The translations under genes and the position numbers were made by a program. This document shows, in pieces, positions 30,222 through 38,354 of a stretch of 64,000 bases of DNA (the first letter of the stretch is position 1; the number at the start of each line of letters is the position of its first letter). This DNA comes from an uncultured Actinomycetota bacterium. Its GTDB lineage: Bacteria; Actinomycetota; Actinomycetes; Mycobacteriales; CADCTP01. The notes under the pieces are model-generated. The model was not told the DNA's origin. It made no database searches and saw only the letters and a list, made by a program, of their open reading frames with translations. The DNA is taken from assembly GCA_963714145.1 (NCBI GenBank), contig OY970235.1, positions 9,946,137-10,010,136 on the forward strand, written 5' to 3'.

Positions 30222-30263
30222 TGAGAGCGCTCTCAATCCTCCGCGCCGATCCGGCAATGTCAA
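30222..30263 (-). promoter_or_regulatory. LacI-type operator TGAGAGCGCTCTCA (CebR-box-like) downstream of a TTGACA -35
   Basis: Perfect 14-bp palindrome at 30222-30235, two substitutions from the actinomycete CebR box TGGGAGCGCTCCCA; TTGACA at 30263-30258; upstream of a cellulase. Confidence 0.75.
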
Positions 30264-30452
30264 GGCATCTCATCCCGTACCTGTCCGGATCGGACAATCG
30301 ACGCCGTCCGTCGCGGTGCCAGTGCGGACCGTAGTAGTCGGCCCGGCCCGCCAACCCTGGGTGCGTTCGGCTACTCATCCCGGGAGAGACTCCACCTCCG
30401 TGCCGGTGGTGGGACCGGCCCGGACCCGTACCCGATTCGATGGGAGACCCAA

Positions 30453-31505
30453 GTGGCAGGGCAACTGAACCGGCGGGCCGCGCTCGGCCTGGGCACCGTG
30501 GTGGCCGGCGGCGCTGTGCTCGGCGCGGCGAAGGCGGCCGGCGCGGTCGGCGGCGGTGCCGAACCGGCCGCGAACGCCGAACCGGCCGCGACCCCACCGG
30601 GCGTGCCGAAGCCGGCGCTGGCCTGGCTGGACAAGGTGTACCGGTGGCAGACCGCACTGGCCGGCGGCACCTGGAACTCGTACGTCAGCCTCACCGACGA
30701 GACCGGCGTCCCACAGCCGGCCGTGGTGCAGGACGCGGACACGGTGGTCCAGGCGTACAGCGTGAACAAGCTCGCGGTGGCCACCGCGCTGCTGGACAAG
30801 GTGGACCGCGGGCTGATCGCGCTCGACCAGCACGTCGACGTCACCGCGGCCATCGTCATCCCGGACGGCGACGGCATCTTCCGGCTGGACCGGGCCTACC
30901 CGTCCTCGATCACCGTCGGGCACGCGCTGGCCGCGCTGCTGACCATCTCGGACGACACCGCGGTGCGGCTGTGCGGGCTGGTCGTCCCGGCGGCCGAGCT
31001 GAACGCGATCATGGTGGCCAAGGGCTTCCCGCACACGCAGGTGGTGCCGGTGGCCAACCCGAACCGGTTCTTCCTCGGTACCACCACGCCGAAGGAGACG
31101 CACGACCTGCTGCGCGCGCTGGTCGGCGGCACGCTGCTGTCCGCCGCGTCGACCGACCACCTGCTCAGCCTGATCCGGTCGCCGATCGCGTTCACCGACG
31201 GCATCCGCCGGACCATGTCCTCGGACGAGCGGCTGCGGATCGGCACCAAGGCCGGCTGGTTCGCCGACGGCCGGAACGAGGCCGGCATCATGTTCGACCC
31301 GTCCGGCGCCCCGGTGCTGACGTACTCGTTCTTCGCGCACGGGCAAGCGCACCCGGAGGACTTCGGCGCCACCCACCCGGCGGTGCAGGCGCGGGCCGTT
31401 ATCGGCCGCCGCTACCTGGACGCGGTCGACCGGCTGGCCGGCATCTCGGTCGCGACCACCCGCAGCTACCACGCCCCGGCCTACCGCCCGTCCAACGGCG
31501 GCTGA
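30453..31505 (+). CDS. Tat-exported class A beta-lactamase-like serine hydrolase
   Basis: NRRAAL Tat motif; SVNK (SxxK), SDD (SDN position), KAG (KTG position). Confidence 0.8.
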   Translation: MAGQLNRRAALGLGTVVAGGAVLGAAKAAGAVGGGAEPAANAEPAATPPGVPKPALAWLDKVYRWQTALAGGTWNSYVSLTDETGVPQPAVVQDADTVVQAYSVNKLAVATALLDKVDRGLIALDQHVDVTAAIVIPDGDGIFRLDRAYPSSITVGHALAALLTISDDTAVRLCGLVVPAAELNAIMVAKGFPHTQVVPVANPNRFFLGTTTPKETHDLLRALVGGTLLSAASTDHLLSLIRSPIAFTDGIRRTMSSDERLRIGTKAGWFADGRNEAGIMFDPSGAPVLTYSFFAHGQAHPEDFGATHPAVQARAVIGRRYLDAVDRLAGISVATTRSYHAPAYRPSNGG

Positions 31506-31544
31506 CCGGGCACCCCGGGCCGGCTCCCCGCCGGCCCGGGGTAA

Positions 31545-31670
31545 GTCCACTGTGGACGGACCTGGCCGGCGGACCGGGGCTGGCGGTGGTCGACGGGCAA
31601 CCGGGCGGGTGCGGTCGGTGGGAGACGGTCGGGGTCCCGGGCGGTCGGTCCACTGTGGACGGACCTGGCC
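31545..31670 (+). repeat. 23-bp direct repeat GTCCACTGTGGACGGACCTGGCC (31545-31567, 31648-31670)
   Basis: Read directly, in the intergenic region between convergent genes. Confidence 0.8.
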
Positions 31671-31690
31671 CGGCGGGCCGGGCCGGCGGC

Positions 31691-32821
31691 TCAGCGGGCC
31701 GGGGCCGGCATCCACTCGCGGTGCAGGTCGCCGTCCGGGCCGGACCGGCCGGGGTCGGCGCCGCGGATCCGGATCGTGCCGGGCGGGTCGCGCCGGGCCG
31801 GCGTCACGTGCAGCCGGCGCACCCCCGGCTCCGCCGCGGCCAGCCCCGCCTGGCAGCCGCAGGGCTGCTCGACCAGGCCGGCCGAACCGTACGCCGCGGC
31901 CATGATCCCGTTCCGGTCGGTGGCCCGGAAGTCGGCGACCAGGTGCACGCCGGCCGCCGCGGCCCGGTCCAGCAGCCAACCCAGCAGCGCCGGGCCGGTG
32001 CCGAACGGCACCGCCCGGCAGGTCGTGGCGAGCAGCGTCAGGTGCCAGGCCGGCCGGTGCCGGTGCAGCAGTGCGATCCCGACCGTGCCGTGCGGGCCGA
32101 ACCGGTCGGCCATCGTGACCAGCAGCAGCAGGTGCCGCGGGTCGGCCAGCTCGGCGCGCAGGTCGGCCACCGCCCGGGGTGCCCCGGTCGCGGTCAGCTG
32201 GCCGGCCCGCTGGGTCAGCTCCGCCACCCGGGGCAGGTCAGCGCTGGTGGCGGCGCCGATCAGCATGGTCAGGTCGAGCGTGCGCAGGAACTCGGCGTCC
32301 GGGCCGGGGAAGCCGGAGCGGGCCGCCTCCCGCCGGAACCCGGCCTGGTAGCGCTCGCGGCGGCGGCGCCCGTCCGGGGTGACCGCGGCCGGGCTGAACT
32401 CCGGCAGGCTGGGCAGCGCCGGCACCTGCCGGGCCGGATAGCAGCGGACCGCCGGAAGGTGCACGGCGACCTCGGCGCACCCGCCCGGCTGCCCGTCGAC
32501 CACCGCCAGCGCCGGCTCGGCGACGCCCAGCCCGGCCGCGATCGCCCGCACCGACTCCGCCTTCGGGGCCCAGCCGATCCGCGGCAGCACCAGGTAGTCG
32601 GCCACGCCGAGCCGCTGCAGCCGGGCCCGGGCCCGGTCCGGGTCGTTGCGGCTGGCCACCGACTGCAGCACGCCGCGGCGGTCCAGCGTCCGGATCACAT
32701 CCAGCACGGCCGGGGCCAGTTCGCCCGCGTCCCCGTCGGCCAGGGTGCCGCGCCACAGCGTGCCGTCCAGGTCCCAGACCAGGCACTTGACGAGCGCCGC
32801 CGGCCCCCGGCTGTCGGTCAC
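31691..32821 (-). CDS. FkbH-like HAD-IIIC phosphatase / glyceryl transferase (possibly degenerate)
   Basis: GTG 32821; VKCLVWDLDGTLW, SVASRND, DRFGPHGTVG, TCR. Confidence 0.82.
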   Translation of the reverse strand: MTDSRGPAALVKCLVWDLDGTLWRGTLADGDAGELAPAVLDVIRTLDRRGVLQSVASRNDPDRARARLQRLGVADYLVLPRIGWAPKAESVRAIAAGLGVAEPALAVVDGQPGGCAEVAVHLPAVRCYPARQVPALPSLPEFSPAAVTPDGRRRRERYQAGFRREAARSGFPGPDAEFLRTLDLTMLIGAATSADLPRVAELTQRAGQLTATGAPRAVADLRAELADPRHLLLLVTMADRFGPHGTVGIALLHRHRPAWHLTLLATTCRAVPFGTGPALLGWLLDRAAAAGVHLVADFRATDRNGIMAAAYGSAGLVEQPCGCQAGLAAAEPGVRRLHVTPARRDPPGTIRIRGADPGRSGPDGDLHREWMPAPAR

Positions 32822-33098
32822 CCACACCTCCTGACGGGCAGCGGCCAGCCACCACCGGGCGGGCGGTCCGCCGGTGCGGGACACCGTCTGCCGCCGGCCG
32901 GACCGGTTACAAGCCTTGTGACCTGGGCTGAATAGACAGCGCCGGGTGACCGGTTTGACCGACGGATGGCGACCCGGCCAGGTCGGGTCACCGGACCGCC
33001 AGATACGTCCGTGCTGCCCGATCTCCGCTGCTACCGTTGACCTTGTTGGTTGGCGACAGGGCGTCGGGGACGGCCGACCCGCACGGGGGACGATCACC

Positions 33099-34493
33099 AT
33101 GGAAACCGGCTACGCGATGCAGATCGCCAGCGTCTACGGGACGCACTGGCGGCGGTCGACGAGCTCCACCGGCCGGCCGGCGTTCGACTTCGATCTCTGG
33201 CGGCGCTCCGGCCGGCTGGATCCGTTCGTCGAGGCACAGTTGCCGCTGGTGCTGGTGCACCGCCGGCTCGACCCGGCCCAGCTGCGATTCGCCGGCCCCG
33301 GGCCTGGCGGCGGCTCCGACCAGCCGAACCCCGCGATCACCGGTGCCGAGATCTTCATCTTCGCGCTGCCGTTCCCGGCCGACCAGGTCGTGGCCGCGCT
33401 CCGGATCGACTTCGACAGCCCCGACCTGAACCTCGACGCCTCGCTGACCAAGGGCATCCTGTCCTGCTGCACCGAGGCCGAGGTCAGCATCGGCGGGCAG
33501 GATCTGGCCAGCTACATCGACGGCCTGGCCAGGTCCGCGAAGGCGGAGAAGAAGGCGCTGCCCGGCCTGCGGGGCCGGCGCACCGGCCTGCCGCTGGAGC
33601 GGCACCACCTGGTGCTGATCCGCGAGCTGAACGACACCCGCCCGCCGGACGACGACGTGATCATGCCGATCCTGTACGGGATCGAGCCGCCGTACCGGCC
33701 GGAGTTCGTCGCGCTGCGCCGGCCCGAGGGGCTCAACCGGGAGGAGGACGCGTTCGGCGCGGTCAGCGGCACGGTCAGCTTCCTCTACGGGCACGAGGAC
33801 GACGTGGAGAAGAGCGTCTTCCTGACCACCGTGCAGGCGGTCGGCACCGCGTCCCGGTTCCAGCAGATCTGGCAGGACGCCTACCACCAGGTGCAGGAGT
33901 TCCAGACCAGCAAGCAGGCCAAGGAAACCGGCGTGCAGTTGCGCAGAGACCTGGAGACGCTGGCCGACCACATGGGCAACCTGGAGCTCGACCTGGCCTT
34001 CAGCGTGGAGACCGCGGCCGACCTCGGCCTGCAGACGTCCACGCTGAGCATCGACAGCTTCCACCACGACCTGTACGAGGTCATGCAGATCCGCACCCGG
34101 GCACACACGGTCAGCGAGATGTTCGTCCGGCTGGGCGGCAGCATCCGGTCCGAACTGACCGCGATCGAGAGCCGGGAGCGGCAGCAGGAGGAGCAGCTGC
34201 GCGAGGAACTGGAGGCGCGCCGCCGGCTGGAGCGGGAGCAGGAGGAGTCGCGCCGGCTGCATGGCGCGCTCGCGCTCGGCGTGCTCAGCTGCGTGGCCGC
34301 GCCGCTCGGCTTCTTCGTCGGGTTCTTCGGGATGAACGCCAGCCAGGTGCACCAGAACACGTCCATGTGGGACTGGCACGTCTACCACTGGGTCTACCTG
34401 ATCGCGGTGCTGATCGCGCTGATCCCGGCGGCCGCCTTCGGCGCCCTGCACGGCCCGACCCTCTGGCGCCGCTGGCGCCGCCCCGCGGTCTGA
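33099..34493 (+). CDS. Membrane protein with a CorA-like C-terminus (GFFGMN) and an unrecognised N-terminus
   Basis: Helical/coiled-coil region followed by two TM helices flanking GMN. Confidence 0.65.
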   Translation: METGYAMQIASVYGTHWRRSTSSTGRPAFDFDLWRRSGRLDPFVEAQLPLVLVHRRLDPAQLRFAGPGPGGGSDQPNPAITGAEIFIFALPFPADQVVAALRIDFDSPDLNLDASLTKGILSCCTEAEVSIGGQDLASYIDGLARSAKAEKKALPGLRGRRTGLPLERHHLVLIRELNDTRPPDDDVIMPILYGIEPPYRPEFVALRRPEGLNREEDAFGAVSGTVSFLYGHEDDVEKSVFLTTVQAVGTASRFQQIWQDAYHQVQEFQTSKQAKETGVQLRRDLETLADHMGNLELDLAFSVETAADLGLQTSTLSIDSFHHDLYEVMQIRTRAHTVSEMFVRLGGSIRSELTAIESRERQQEEQLREELEARRRLEREQEESRRLHGALALGVLSCVAAPLGFFVGFFGMNASQVHQNTSMWDWHVYHWVYLIAVLIALIPAAAFGALHGPTLWRRWRRPAV

Positions 34494-34646
34494 CGCCGGC
34501 CCCCGGGCCCGGGCCGGGCTCCGGCCTGGCCCCGGGCCCGGGGCGGGCTCTGTCGGGTTATGCCGGATCGGTCGGCATGAGCCTGGTTGTGGCCGGCCTG
34601 TGGGATGTTGACCGTCCTGGGTGCGGCGACAGGGAGGCGGGCGGCC

Positions 34647-35351
34647 ATGGCAGTGATCCACCGAGCCTTGGACGGCCGGCAGTTCCAGCTCGCCGGCCAG
34701 TTGGATCTCGGGCAGCCGGCCACCTCGGTGCTCGGGGTGTCCGCGGCCGGCCGGCTGCACGAGTTCACCGCCGGGCTGGCGGCGCTCGGCGCCGAGGTCG
34801 CGGCCGGGCTGGGTGGCTCCGGGCCGGGCGCGGGCTTCGACGAGGAGCTGAGCTACCAGGGCGGCGCGTTGCGGATCGGCCGGCTGCACCCGTACGACCC
34901 GCAGATCAAGCTCACCGAGGATCTGCTCGTGGCCTGCTGGCAGGGCGAGCGGCACTGCCTGGTCACCCAGCTGTACGCGGCCGGCACGACCGACCTGCTC
35001 GGCCTGCTGCGCACGCTGCGGATCGAGGAGCACCCGGACGGGCTGGCCGTCCGGCCGGCCCTGGCCGGCGGCAGCGAGTTCACCGGGCCGGCCACCGTGA
35101 TCAAGCAGGTGCCGGCGCTCGGCCTGCTGGAGATGTCGCCGCTGACCAGCGAGCACGTCAAGACGCTGCCGTCCTGGGGCGGCCTGCGCACACCGGCCGG
35201 CGAGCTGTTCGCGGACAACCTCACCGACGGCAAGCCGTACTACGTGCTGGCCGCCCCGGACACCTGGACCACCCTGGTACCGGCCGCCGGCCTGGCCGGC
35301 GACCGGCTGGCCGGGCAGGTCGGCCGGCTGCGCATCCAGCTGGTCGGCTGA
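34647..35351 (+). CDS. Hypothetical soluble protein, first gene of the Mau-like operon
   Basis: ATG 34647 with AGGGAGG RBS; host-like codon use; 3 bp from the next gene. Confidence 0.7.
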   Translation: MAVIHRALDGRQFQLAGQLDLGQPATSVLGVSAAGRLHEFTAGLAALGAEVAAGLGGSGPGAGFDEELSYQGGALRIGRLHPYDPQIKLTEDLLVACWQGERHCLVTQLYAAGTTDLLGLLRTLRIEEHPDGLAVRPALAGGSEFTGPATVIKQVPALGLLEMSPLTSEHVKTLPSWGGLRTPAGELFADNLTDGKPYYVLAAPDTWTTLVPAAGLAGDRLAGQVGRLRIQLVG

Positions 35352-35354
35352 ACC

Positions 35355-36047
35355 GTGGCCGCGGTGCTCGGGAGCGTCGCCGGCTACGCGGTGCTGCTGA
35401 CGCTGGTCTGCGCCGGCGCGGGGCACCTGGCCAGGCCGGGGACGTTGCGGTCGGCGTTGGTCACGCACGGGGTGCTGCCGGTGCCGGGTCTGGTCGCGGT
35501 CGCGGTGCCGGTCGTCGAGCTCGGGCTGGGCGCCGCCGGGGTGGCCGGGCTGTTCGACCGCCCGGTGCTGCTGGCCGTCGCGCTGGCCGGCGCGGCCGTG
35601 CTGCTGGCCGGGTACGCCGGCTACGGCTGGCGGGTGCTCGCGGCCGGGGCCGGCGGGCCGTGCGGCTGTTCCCGGCATGAGCTGCCGATGTCCGGCTGGG
35701 TGCTCGCCCGGGCCGGCGGGCTCGCCGGGCTGGCGGTGCTCGGCCTGACGCTGACCGGCTCGGTGCTGTCGCCGCGGGCCGTCGACAGCCGGTTCTCCCT
35801 GGTGCTGCTGGCCGCGGCCACCTTCAGCCTGCTGCTCTGGCAGCTGCCGGCGGCCATGTACGACCCCACGCCGGCGGTAGCCGCCGGCCGGGCCACGGTG
35901 GCCGGCCCCGCCAGGCCGGCCGCCGGCCCGGCCGGCCCCGCCGGGTCTGGCGGATCCGACCGAGTGGTGGGCGGACCGGCTCTGTTGGGGATGCCGGCGC
36001 AGCCGGCCCGCGCCGGCCAGGCGGACCACCGGGAGGTGCCGGTATGA
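35355..36047 (+). CDS. MauE/DoxX-family redox-associated membrane protein
   Basis: TM helices, P..EL.LG segment and GPCGCS (MauE CGC motif). Confidence 0.82.
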   Translation: MAAVLGSVAGYAVLLTLVCAGAGHLARPGTLRSALVTHGVLPVPGLVAVAVPVVELGLGAAGVAGLFDRPVLLAVALAGAAVLLAGYAGYGWRVLAAGAGGPCGCSRHELPMSGWVLARAGGLAGLAVLGLTLTGSVLSPRAVDSRFSLVLLAAATFSLLLWQLPAAMYDPTPAVAAGRATVAGPARPAAGPAGPAGSGGSDRVVGGPALLGMPAQPARAGQADHREVPV

Positions 36048-36601
36048 GCTTCCAGACCAGCGCGCTGATCCTGAGCTGGGTGGCGATCCTGCTGCTGGCC
36101 CTGGTGGTGTCCGGGCTGGTGCGGCAGGTGCACGCCCTGTCATCCGGGCTGGTGCGGCCGGCCGGGCCGGGTGGGTCCACCGGGCCGGTCGGGCTCGCCC
36201 CGGGGGCGCTCGCACCCGGCCTCGATCTGCTCGGCACCGACCGGTCCGGGCCGGTGCTGCTGCTGTTCCTCAGCGCCGACTGCCACACCTGCTCGGCCGT
36301 CCTCACCGAGGCCGCCCACCTCACCGGCTCGGCCCACCTCACTGGCTCGGCCCACCTCACCGGGGCCGCCCAGGATGCCGGCGACCTGTCCGTCCGGGCG
36401 CTGTACGCCGGGCCGGCGCCGGCGACCGACCTGGGGATCGGCGTGTACGGCGGCCAGGCCGAGCTGTTCGAGCGGTACGACGCGATCGCGACCCCGTTCG
36501 CCGTCCTGGTCGACCCGTCCGGCCGGGTGGTCCGCTCCGAACCCGTCGGTTCCCCGGCCGCGCTACGGACCCTGCTCGACCGGGTCGTCCAGGAGGCATG
36601 A
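36044..36601 (+). CDS. MauD-like membrane-anchored thioredoxin-fold protein
   Basis: N-terminal TM ...LVRQV; GL.PG..AP; LFLSADCHTC (CxxC); TPFAVLVDPSG.V. Confidence 0.8.
   Translation: MSFQTSALILSWVAILLLALVVSGLVRQVHALSSGLVRPAGPGGSTGPVGLAPGALAPGLDLLGTDRSGPVLLLFLSADCHTCSAVLTEAAHLTGSAHLTGSAHLTGAAQDAGDLSVRALYAGPAPATDLGIGVYGGQAELFERYDAIATPFAVLVDPSGRVVRSEPVGSPAALRTLLDRVVQEA
36314..36367 (+). repeat. 3 x 18-bp in-frame repeat (AHLTGS) right after the CxxC helix
   Basis: gcccacctcaccggctcg / gcccacctcactggctcg / gcccacctcaccggggcc. Confidence 0.85.
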
Positions 36602-37554
36602 TGAACACGCTGATCCCACCGCTGCGGGCGGCTGACGCGCCGGCGGCCGAGCCGGCGGCGCCCCGGGAGCCGGCGGCGTCCCGGGCCGAGCTGCGGCCGA
36701 TCACCTGGTCACCGGTGCAGCGGCGGACCGTGCTGCGGGCCGGAGCCGCGATCGGCACCGCGATCGGGATGGCCGCGATCGGCGTGTTCCCGGCCGCCCG
36801 GCGGGCCCGCGCGGACGGCTTCGACATCTACCCGAGCTGCCCGTCCTACGCGACCGATCACAACTGCTCGCCCGGCTGCGGCCCGAGCACGATCTTCGGC
36901 GACTCCTGCAACACGTCCGGGCCGAACCTGGGCTTCCACAAGGACGACGGCGTCACCTGGATGCTGCGGCCGAACCAGTGCTTCTCGAACATGTACGACG
37001 GCTGGATCTGGCGGTACCAGAACGCCTGCGGCACCTGCGCCTGCTTCGTCGAGCGCCGCTGCCACGACGGCTACCGGATGACCAGCGCCGGCTGGGTGCG
37101 CTCGATCTGCCGGTGGAACACCGACTGCGGCTGCCAGGGCGCGGTGCCGTGGCCCACCGTCCAGCGGGGCAACTCCGGCCCGAACGTGTACGCGGTGCAG
37201 CACCTGCTGAACTTCCGCGGCGCCACCCTCACCGCGGACGGCGCGTTCGGCCCGCTCACCGAAACGGCGGTGAAGAACTTCCAGAGCGGCAACGCGCTGC
37301 CACCGACCGGCATCGTGGACACCACCACCTGGCCGGTGCTCGTGGTCACCGTGCGCAGGTCGGACAGCAACGAGGCGGTCCGCGCCGCCCAGCGCGAGCT
37401 GAACAAGTGGGGCTACCAGCTGACCGTGGACGGCGTCTTCGGCGCGCTCACCGACGGCGCGATCCGCGACTTCCAGCGGCAGAACGCGCTCACCGTGGAC
37501 GGCGTGATCGGTGCCAGCAGCTGGCGCACGCTCACCGGCGGAGCCGGCGTGTGA
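36598..37554 (+). CDS. Tat-exported protein: 12-Cys domain plus two peptidoglycan-binding (PG_binding_1) domains
   Basis: QRRTVL Tat motif and ARA cleavage site; 12 Cys in about 100 aa; two ...DG.FG..T..A...FQ....L..(T/D)G.(V/I)...(T/S)W repeats. Confidence 0.82.
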   Translation: MMNTLIPPLRAADAPAAEPAAPREPAASRAELRPITWSPVQRRTVLRAGAAIGTAIGMAAIGVFPAARRARADGFDIYPSCPSYATDHNCSPGCGPSTIFGDSCNTSGPNLGFHKDDGVTWMLRPNQCFSNMYDGWIWRYQNACGTCACFVERRCHDGYRMTSAGWVRSICRWNTDCGCQGAVPWPTVQRGNSGPNVYAVQHLLNFRGATLTADGAFGPLTETAVKNFQSGNALPPTGIVDTTTWPVLVVTVRRSDSNEAVRAAQRELNKWGYQLTVDGVFGALTDGAIRDFQRQNALTVDGVIGASSWRTLTGGAGV

Positions 37555-38354
37555 CCATTCCGGCCGGCCAGCCGGCCGAGCCGGCGGGGGAGCCGGCGCG
37601 GGCGGTGGGCCGCCGGCGGGCCGGCGTGGCGGTGTGGCGGTGGGCGACGGACCCGATCCTGCCGGTGCTGCTGCTGGCCCCGGCCGCGGTACTGGCGGCG
37701 GCCCGGGTGCCGGTGCTGACCTGGGCGGTGCTCGGCGGGCTGGCCGGCTACTCGCTGTCCGGCTCGGTTTGAACCCGTAACAGCGCGCTGGCGCTGTCCC
37801 CGCCCGGGCGGCGGGATCGGAGGTTGCCGTCGGCGCCGCTGGCGGTGTTCACGGTCGGGCTGCTGCTCGGTGGCCTGCTCAGCGGGCTGGTGCTGGCCGT
37901 GGCCGGCGGCCTGCTGGCGCCGCTGCCGCTGGCCGGCCGGCAGGTCGCCGTGCTGGCGGTCGCGCTGCTCGGGCTGCTGCGCGAGGCGGGGTTGATCGTG
38001 ATCCCGCTGCCGCAGAACAGCCGGCAGATCGGCCAGGAGGTGCTGCGCAACCCGATCCGCGGCGCGCTGCAGTTCGGCTTCGAGCTGGGCACCGGGGTGC
38101 GTACCTATGTCTCGGCCACCGCGCCGTACGTGCTGGCGCTCGGGGTGCTGCTGGCCGGTTCGCCGCGGGCCGCGGTGCTGGCCGGGCTCGGCTTCGGCGC
38201 CGGCCGGGCGCTCACCCCGCTGGTGCGCCAGGCGTCGGCCGCGCCGGCCAGTTGGGACGCGCTGCTGACCACCCGGCTGCGGGCCATCGCGCTGCTGGCC
38301 GGGGCCGCCGCCCTGATCGCGTTCGCGGTGCTGTTCGCGCTCAGTCGCCGGTGA
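37551..38354 (+). CDS. MauF-like membrane protein containing an in-frame TGA at 37770-37772 (codon 74)
   Basis: GTG 37551 overlaps the upstream stop; the frame continues through TGA into ORF 37824..38354 (LPQNSRQI...GFELGTGVRTY). Confidence 0.7.
37780..37797 (+). promoter_or_regulatory. Hairpin ACAGCGC-GCTG-GCGCTGT 7 nt after the in-frame TGA (SECIS-like or readthrough element)
   Basis: Perfect 7-bp stem, 4-nt loop starting with G; function inferred. Confidence 0.4.

Noticed and set aside
32830-33095. Mg2+-sensing (M-box) leader upstream of the CorA-like gene
   Set aside because: GC-rich pairing potential only; no recognisable consensus.
32988-36215. Very long alternative ORFs in the track (e.g. 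32988..36215 -, 42138..44663 -, 30440..32935 +, the 5' part of 24295..27378 +, 12596..14995 +)
   Set aside because: Arg/Pro/Gly-rich shadow frames overlapping well-supported genes; expected in very high-GC DNA where stops are scarce.
36598-37554. Calling the Cys-rich protein MauA (TTQ amine dehydrogenase small subunit)
   Set aside because: No recognisable MauA sequence motifs, it is fused to PG-binding domains, and no MauB/MauG is in the window.
37824-38354. Treating 37551..37772 and 37824..38354 as two independent genes
   Set aside because: Same frame, poor RBS spacing at the TTG and the coupling pattern of the operon favour one gene with an internal TGA; not fully excluded.
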